Virus record (IMG/VR): IMGVR_UViG_2731957969_000006
Strand: one strand, 5' to 3'
From: an uncultured virus (IMG/VR IMGVR_UViG_2731957969_000006)
Taxonomy: Duplodnaviria > Heunggongvirae > Uroviricota > Caudoviricetes
DNA: 24,338 bases
Both the position numbers and the translations under genes were made by a program. Below, piece after piece: positions 18,468-24,338 of this stretch (the first letter of the stretch is position 1; every line of letters begins with the position of its first letter). The notes below the pieces were generated by a model. It did not search any database. It was given only the letters and a program-made list of their open reading frames with translations, and was not told the origin of the DNA.

Positions 18468-18985
18468 TATGAAAGTCTGGACTTCGGTTGACAATTAGTT
18501 TTTTCTAATTGTAGCTGGAGGTCAGATATGATGAACATTAAAGCTAAACGAGATATTGCACACAAAAAATATTAAATTATGCCAGTGAGAGCAAAAATTT
18601 TACTAAAACTTGTCGCTATTTTGGGAATAGTAGAGAAACTTTTTATACTTGGAAAAGAACTTATGAACGAGATGGCAAGAAAGGATTAATCAACAATAAA
18701 CCCTGCTCTGAAAATCCAATCAGAAGAGTTGTAAAACACATCGAAGAGATGGTTATTTATCTGCGTATGACTTACCATTTCGATTCCAACGTATCACTTG
18801 GTATCTTCTACTGTTTCATAACATCAAAATATCACGTTCTGGTCGCTACTATGTATTACTAAGAAACAAATTAAATCAACTTCCTCAAAATCAGTGAAGT
18901 TGATCTAAATCACTATTTAAATGTTATCAGAAACAAGTACAAGGGCATCATGTTCAGGTTGATGTGAAGTTCCTATTTTTTTAAT
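18468..18985 (+). mobile_element. Truncated, degenerate IS481-family element
   Basis: RBS GGAGG and ATG 18528. Broken translation KTCRYFGNSRETFYTWKRTYERDGKKGL..YQKQVQGHHVQVDVKF with frameshifts and stops, ending just after the first catalytic Asp. Left end approximate. Confidence 0.75.
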
Positions 18986-19117
18986 ACGCCTTATGGACTA
19001 CGAATAATTCTTTTTTAAAATTAGTTAACAAAAGTTTTTCGAAGTCTTTTATAAAATTATATGATAATAAATTTTAATTTCATTCTGTACTATTAATTGA
19101 ATGAAGAATAGGTTGCA

Positions 19118-19996
19118 TTAGGAACGTAGTTTTTTAACATTCGATGTCATTTCAGTAATTGCAGCCTTGAGCACTTGTAAACAAATTTTAGCTGTATGCT
19201 CTCTAGGTGTGAAGCCCGATAACATTTGTTGATAAGGGTGGATATAATTGCGGAAATCTCTTAAAGTATGTGAAAACTTATAAGTATCAAGTTGAATTAG
19301 TTCTAAATCTTTTGCAACATTAATAAAGGCTGCAAGATTCCAATCATGAAATGGTTGAACTTTACCATCACGTCCTTTAGGGGATGACTTCACCGTATTA
19401 AATGCTCGCGGATAACTAGAAGCTAATCCAAGAAAAACCCCTTCTAAGGTACTACCAGCGATTAGTATCGTAGAAAGATAAGCGGCCGAATTATATGTTT
19501 TTTCAATTTCTTCAATTCGTTTGTTAAGTACTTCAGTTACGTTAATGTCTAAGCCTAAATCAGAGATAGTGAAACCACTAAACTCGCGATTTAAAAAATC
19601 AGATTCAGATAGATTACTGGATTGCAAGTTATCATCATTTAACTCCACTTTATGAAGTTTCTCGAAAGTTATTTCAGCACCATTTCTGATAACTCTCCAT
19701 TTATCAAAAGCTAGGTATTGATTAAATTCGGCAATAAAGCGATCCAACTCGTCAATACGACTAATAAAATTGATAGGGTTGAATATTTCTTTGATGCACT
19801 TGTCAAGTCGTGGAGTTCCATTGATTGTATCTAGACAATCATCTGTATACTTCCAACGAGAGGGAAAGCCTTGTCCATATGAGTGATTAAAACCTAGTGT
19901 ATTAAAAAATTTAACTAATTTAGGTCCGGAACGATACTCTGTCTCTTCATTTATTAAGTTTCGAAGTTTCTCACTTGTTTTACTGCTGATGTTCAT
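19118..19996 (-). CDS. Hypothetical protein with C-terminal HEPN-like domain; candidate defence nuclease
   Basis: Intact 292 aa. ILIAGSTLEGVFL helix and LRDFRNYIHP motif. Confidence 0.65.
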   Translation of the reverse strand: MNISSKTSEKLRNLINEETEYRSGPKLVKFFNTLGFNHSYGQGFPSRWKYTDDCLDTINGTPRLDKCIKEIFNPINFISRIDELDRFIAEFNQYLAFDKWRVIRNGAEITFEKLHKVELNDDNLQSSNLSESDFLNREFSGFTISDLGLDINVTEVLNKRIEEIEKTYNSAAYLSTILIAGSTLEGVFLGLASSYPRAFNTVKSSPKGRDGKVQPFHDWNLAAFINVAKDLELIQLDTYKFSHTLRDFRNYIHPYQQMLSGFTPREHTAKICLQVLKAAITEMTSNVKKLRS

Positions 19997-20470
19997 TCAG
20001 ATTCCTTTAGTACATAAAAATCATTTTAAGCAGAGACTCTGCATTTTTATCTCTTTATAATGCCGTTTTTATTTTGTTATATCAAAGAGAATTAGTGTGT
20101 TAATGATGGATAAATAAATTAAACTATACGGTGTTATATTAGTAGGATATATGACTATCTGTGAGTGTTTTTATATAACTGATTAATAACCCATAAAAAA
20201 TTGCAGAGAAAGGTAAGTTTTATATATTTATCTAAGTTTATAAGTACATATATAAGTAGAACTAAGTTGTCTTAGAACTATGTATATACGTTACTATTTC
20301 TTCTTAAGAAAAAGTGATATTGTTATTGGTATAAATTTTTTTGAATCAACATGTATACTAAATCACTGTTGCAGATTTATGTTAAATTTGAATATATAGA
20401 AAAATTACCTGATGTTGGTAAGTGTCAAAATAGTTATATTTAGCTATTTTAGGTAGAGAAATAACTTTAT

Positions 20471-20508
20471 TAGTGGCTGTAATTATTAATTTACAACCAC
20501 TATTTTTT
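20471..20508. terminator. Hairpin at the end of the membrane-protein gene (possibly bidirectional terminator)
   Basis: TAGTGGCTGTAA-N8-TTACAACCACTA followed by T6 on the + strand. Confidence 0.4.
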
Positions 20509-20515
20509 AAATATT

Positions 20516-21645
20516 TTATTCTTTTTCAAAAAAATTATCCCATTGCTTAGCATCTTCTGAGAGCATAACAACACAAAGACTAGTCATTTTTTTTAGTTCT
20601 TTTATTTTATTGTTGTTACCACTGTTGATTATTAAGTCATAATTGGTCTTTTTAGTTTCACTCCTCATCTCACCTATTTTACTTGGGCAAATTAAATTAT
20701 TGCTACCAGTTGAAAATAATCTAATACCATAGATAAAAAAATCTTTTTTTATTTCTTTATGTGTTGATGTATTCCATAGATGGGTAGGAAACATATTTGG
20801 TTGATACTTAGTACCGTTTATCAAAAAATAGTGGTTTTTATTATCAATAAAACCAATGGAATATAATGATATATTAATCACTTGAATGGCTAGGGAAGGG
20901 AATAAAAGAAATGTGAATATTATAGCTGTAATAATTCCGATTAATGTTTTTTTATTATTGAGAGGATGTTTTTATCTTGTGATTCTATTTCATTATAAAA
21001 GATAATTGCAGGGAGAAGTGATAGGAATGTAAATGCAAACATAAGTAATAAAACTATTAATAATGAGATTGTTTTTTCTCCAGAAATATCTCTTAGTAAA
21101 AACACAAAAGGAATAGAAAATGATAATGTCGAAAGTGATATTATTATTGAATCAAACAATGTTACAAGTATTGTTTTTAGTTTAAAGTTATTGTTAAATA
21201 TTGAAATAATAATAGCACCTGCGAGCGATAATAATATTGATATTATTATATATAAATTAGATGATAGTGTTTCATTATTTGATGGGTATAAATTAGATAA
21301 TAAGAGTGTTAATAATATCACATTAACAATTAAGCTAACTATAGGTATATGAACACGCGTTCCAATTTTATTTTGAAAGTTAGATCGATATAGAATAAGA
21401 ATTGAACTTGGTAAAATAAGTATTAATGCAATTAAAAAAGATAATATTGCTGAGAATACTAGTAATGATAATAAAGCACTATAAATAGAAAAAGAATCAA
21501 TTAGTAAATCCAAACGATCAATACTATTTAAATAGAACCAAATTATAAGACCTGAAATAATAATTGTACATGGGATTAGTTTTAATATAATGTTTATTGC
21601 TTTATAACAAATTATTTTTAAAATATTAGCTTCTTTATTTAGCAT
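20516..21645 (-). CDS. Polytopic membrane protein of unknown function, split by an apparent 1-nt deletion at 20947-20953
   Basis: Adding one A in the A7 run links the 234-aa and 121-aa ORFs through KKTLIGIITAIIFTFLLFPSLAIQV (about 376 aa, about 7 TM segments plus a soluble C-terminal domain). Confidence 0.65.
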
Positions 21646-21709
21646 AATCTTTCCTTAAAGATATAAATTATGAATCCTACTACTTAAAAAGCAATAATTA
21701 TTGCATCAA

Positions 21710-22166
21710 TTAAAAATACTTCAACAGCACTACTCTATAAGCCTCAACAATACTCTCTTCATTTGTATGTTTAGTAATAAATATCTGATAATATTCATTA
21801 AATGAGCATCGTTGCTTATAGAAACAATAATCTGATAAAGGATGCATTTTTTTAGCATATATTGATGGATAGGGGTTGTTTTATTCTTGTTCATCCAAGA
21901 TATCAACTGATCAACAGTTAAATCAATAATTTTTTATCAACTTCAAGCCAATGATAATAATGATGTTCATTTTTACGAGAGGGACCTTTAACAATATTAA
22001 TTTCAGTATTTAGATGAATATCTAAAAACAGATACGTTAAGATTATTGATGCTCCTTGGCAACAATTAAGTGGATAAGTATAGAAAAATGGCAAATCCAT
22101 CTGCTCATGATTTTGTTGAAAGGTAGTGTGTAATGCTTTAGCTGTTGCAGTATGCTTTTTATACAT
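21710..22166 (-). pseudogene. Small papain/transglutaminase-like (Cys-His-Asp) protein with two apparent frameshifts
   Basis: YPLNCCQGASIIL..HWLEVD; a one-base correction at 21930-21935 gives KKIIDLTVDQ. A second correction near 21880 extends it to about 152 aa. Confidence 0.5.
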
Positions 22167-22327
22167 ATTTTTTCCTCTAGTTTTTTACTCCGTATTTAAG
22201 GTAGCAAATTTAAACTGATCTAATGATAGATAAGCATTGTTTAACAGCCTATACAATGCTAAAAGTCAGAACCTAACAATAAAATATATCTTATTAACTA
22301 ATAAAATAAGTAGTATTTTAAATATTG

Positions 22328-22492
22328 ATGTTACGCCACATGGGTTGGACTGAAGCGGCTGACTTAATCATTAAAGGTATGGAAGGCGCAATCGAAGCGA
22401 AGACCGTTACTTATGATTTCGAACGTCTAATGGACGGCGCTAAACTGCTGAAATGTAGCGAGTTTGGTGACGCGATTATCAAACATATGTAA
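22328..22492 (+). pseudogene. icd: 3' fragment (54 codons) of isocitrate dehydrogenase marking the prophage attachment site
   Basis: [54 protein letters not shown], the Icd C-terminus, with no upstream icd sequence. Confidence 0.95.
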
Positions 22493-22513
22493 TTGTTGAT
22501 TTGATAAATAGTT

Positions 22514-22541
22514 AACGGGAGCTTATTAGTTCCCGTTTTTT
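22514..22541 (+). terminator. Rho-independent terminator after the icd fragment
   Basis: AACGGGAGCT-TATT-AGTTCCCGTT followed by more Ts. Confidence 0.85.
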
Positions 22542-22559
22542 ATTGTCAATTTTGAAATG

Positions 22560-22593
22560 GTTATCAAAAAGTTATCAAAACGAGTTATCAAAA
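22560..22593 (+). repeat. Three direct repeats of GTTATCAAAA (candidate integrase arm-type sites)
   Basis: Exact copies at 22560, 22571 and 22584; inverted partial copy TTTGATAA at 22500-22507. Confidence 0.7.
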
Positions 22594-22619
22594 CCACCTG
22601 AAATTTGAGCAATTAAATC

Positions 22620-22883
22620 ACGATTTTTATCTAATTTTTGGTGTTCAAGTTGTTACCTGATTACTCAGCGTCTAATTTTGCTTTCCAGCTATAAAGTAAT
22701 TTATCGGTGATCCCTAAAAAACCTGCCGCTTTTGGAGCGCTATAACCTTGTTTGCTGACTAATGCGACCGCTTCTTGCTTAAACCTAGTAGTATAAACAC
22801 TGTTTGTTCGTTTTTTCATTTAACACTTCAATAGTTAGATTATATTCCATTATTAAAGTGCCCTGTTTGATTAAAGTAGATCA
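22620..22883 (-). mobile_element. IS3-family relic (left end plus truncated OrfA)
   Basis: Minus strand 22819-22661 reads MKKRTNSVYTTRFKQEAVALVSKQGYSAPKAAGFLGITDKLLYSWK (HTH). IR-like TGATCTACTTTAATCAAACAGGGCAC starts at 22883. Confidence 0.7.
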
Positions 22884-23174
22884 AATATCCCTAAATTTAA
22901 TTACTTATAATAAATAAATATTTTTTATTTCTTAATTAAATTTTTTTTGTAAATAGGCTACTTATTCTAATTTGAATAATCTATTAATGAAGGGTTTAAT
23001 TTATTTTTCTATCTTTATTTTTCATTATCTTAAAGTAATGAAATAGCTGATGTAATCATATTTAAAAGTGATATTATTATTTTATAATCATTTATATATT
23101 TACATTATTTTTATTTTAATGCTGGAGATACACGTGAATAAAAGAGCACTTTCGACAAAGTATCGAAATTCGAT

Positions 23175-24338
23175 GTGTCCATCAATGATAAAAAAATAGG
23201 GGGATACGGTTTATCGTTATTCTTGATACCAATAATATTCTTTCATTCCGCTAATGCGTTAGAGTTATCCGTTCCTATTGGCTCAACAGGTTATTTAGGG
23301 GAGGTCACTCCGCCAGTTGGTTCAATAACGCTAGAGTATGGGATGGTAAAGTCAGTACTTGAGGCGAATACACCTTATATAGGTTTCCAGGGGGAGCCTT
23401 ATCAATTAGTGATACAATCAATACCTTTTTACCCTGAAATTGGACGAGCGGGTGTGGCTATCTACAATAAAAGCAATCCCAAAGGGGCCTTTATTGTTTT
23501 AGCGCCCAGTGGATATGGTTTGTTGCGCTATAAACGGGCTAACGGCGCATATGAGAATGCTTCATTTTCATTTAGTCGTTCCCAAACCACCGCTATGACA
23601 AATATGTATAATGATTCTTTCTCTACTACTAACAATTTAGTTTGGGGACTTTTGCCCAGACAAGGCAATAGTAATTTTTTCTCAGCACGATACGTAGATG
23701 GTAGTGATAAAGTTCATTCGTTAACATTAACAATATCCAGTTATTCCGCGTATGCCATCGGGCCATTAGAGGCCGGTGAATATGCCATGCGCGATGGTTC
23801 AAAATTTTATGCCTATATTAATGTTAGTCCCAGTTTTAAGATAGTTACTAAGACATTATTAAGTTCAACGGATAATGTGAATATTAAAGCACTCAAAGCC
23901 TGTGACGTTATCCCCCAAACGTCTACCAATATTCAGTTTCCGACTCAAATCGCGAAAAATTATGCAACACCCACTAAATTAGCAGATAATTTAGCCAGTA
24001 TCAGTGTCAATTGCCCTTATGCTAATAAAAATATCTATCTCACCCTGAGCCCTTTTAATAATTTAGTCTCAGGCAGTGAAACAGGGATGGAGCTATCCAC
24101 CAATGGCTCTGAAAATATCACCACACTGCCTTATGTGGTGGCTTCTTTAAAATCTGCACAATCAAGTATTTGTCAAGCCAATGCACAAGAGGCCTTGCGA
24201 CTCGTCGGTAGTAATAAACTAGCGCAACAAAATATGAAGAGTTTTATACAAAACATAATTTTTAACCTTTGTGCTAATGGCAATATCAAAGCCAATAAAT
24301 ATACAGGGGCAATTAATGTAGCAATTTTAATTGAATAG
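23175..24338 (+). CDS. Fimbrial tip adhesin (two-domain, chaperone-usher type); start uncertain
   Basis: Signal peptide ending HSANA and a C-terminal pilin domain (ACDV..ISVNC..GNIKANKYTGAINVAILIE). Confidence 0.75.
   Translation: MSINDKKIGGYGLSLFLIPIIFFHSANALELSVPIGSTGYLGEVTPPVGSITLEYGMVKSVLEANTPYIGFQGEPYQLVIQSIPFYPEIGRAGVAIYNKSNPKGAFIVLAPSGYGLLRYKRANGAYENASFSFSRSQTTAMTNMYNDSFSTTNNLVWGLLPRQGNSNFFSARYVDGSDKVHSLTLTISSYSAYAIGPLEAGEYAMRDGSKFYAYINVSPSFKIVTKTLLSSTDNVNIKALKACDVIPQTSTNIQFPTQIAKNYATPTKLADNLASISVNCPYANKNIYLTLSPFNNLVSGSETGMELSTNGSENITTLPYVVASLKSAQSSICQANAQEALRLVGSNKLAQQNMKSFIQNIIFNLCANGNIKANKYTGAINVAILIE

Noticed and set aside
20000..20460. ncRNA in the AT-rich intergenic region (TAGAACTA twice, small hairpins)
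   Set aside because: Such short matches are expected by chance at this AT content.
22560..22593. CRISPR array
   Set aside because: The repeats are only 10 bp with 1-3 bp gaps, and there are no spacers or cas genes.

Overview
The window holds the right-hand end of a lambdoid prophage in an AT-rich enterobacterium (Proteus-like, inferred), plus flanking DNA. 1-13.7 kb is the late operon: 3' end of the capsid gene, head-completion genes, lambda-like tail genes Z-U-V-G/T-H-M-L-K-I-J, a zinc-ribbon membrane moron, two tail-tip accessory ORFs and a Cor-like lipoprotein. A deleted, nonsense-bearing tail fibre pseudogene follows. 14.6-22.3 kb is AT-rich cargo. Its highlight is a two-reverse-transcriptase DRT3-type (UG3+UG8) anti-phage locus, with a structured downstream ncRNA exposing an ACACAC motif and a second hairpin-rich region upstream. 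The cargo also has an IS481 relic, a candidate HEPN-type nuclease, a polytopic membrane protein and a Cys-His-Asp papain/transglutaminase-like ORF. The element ends at a 165-bp icd 3' fragment (phage-21-type att), followed by a triple GTTATCAAAA repeat, an IS3 relic and an orphan fimbrial adhesin. At least eight apparent single-base deletions, mostly in homopolymers, split genes including drt3a. They may be assembly errors rather than real pseudogenisation. Family calls come from motif and synteny recognition, not database searches.
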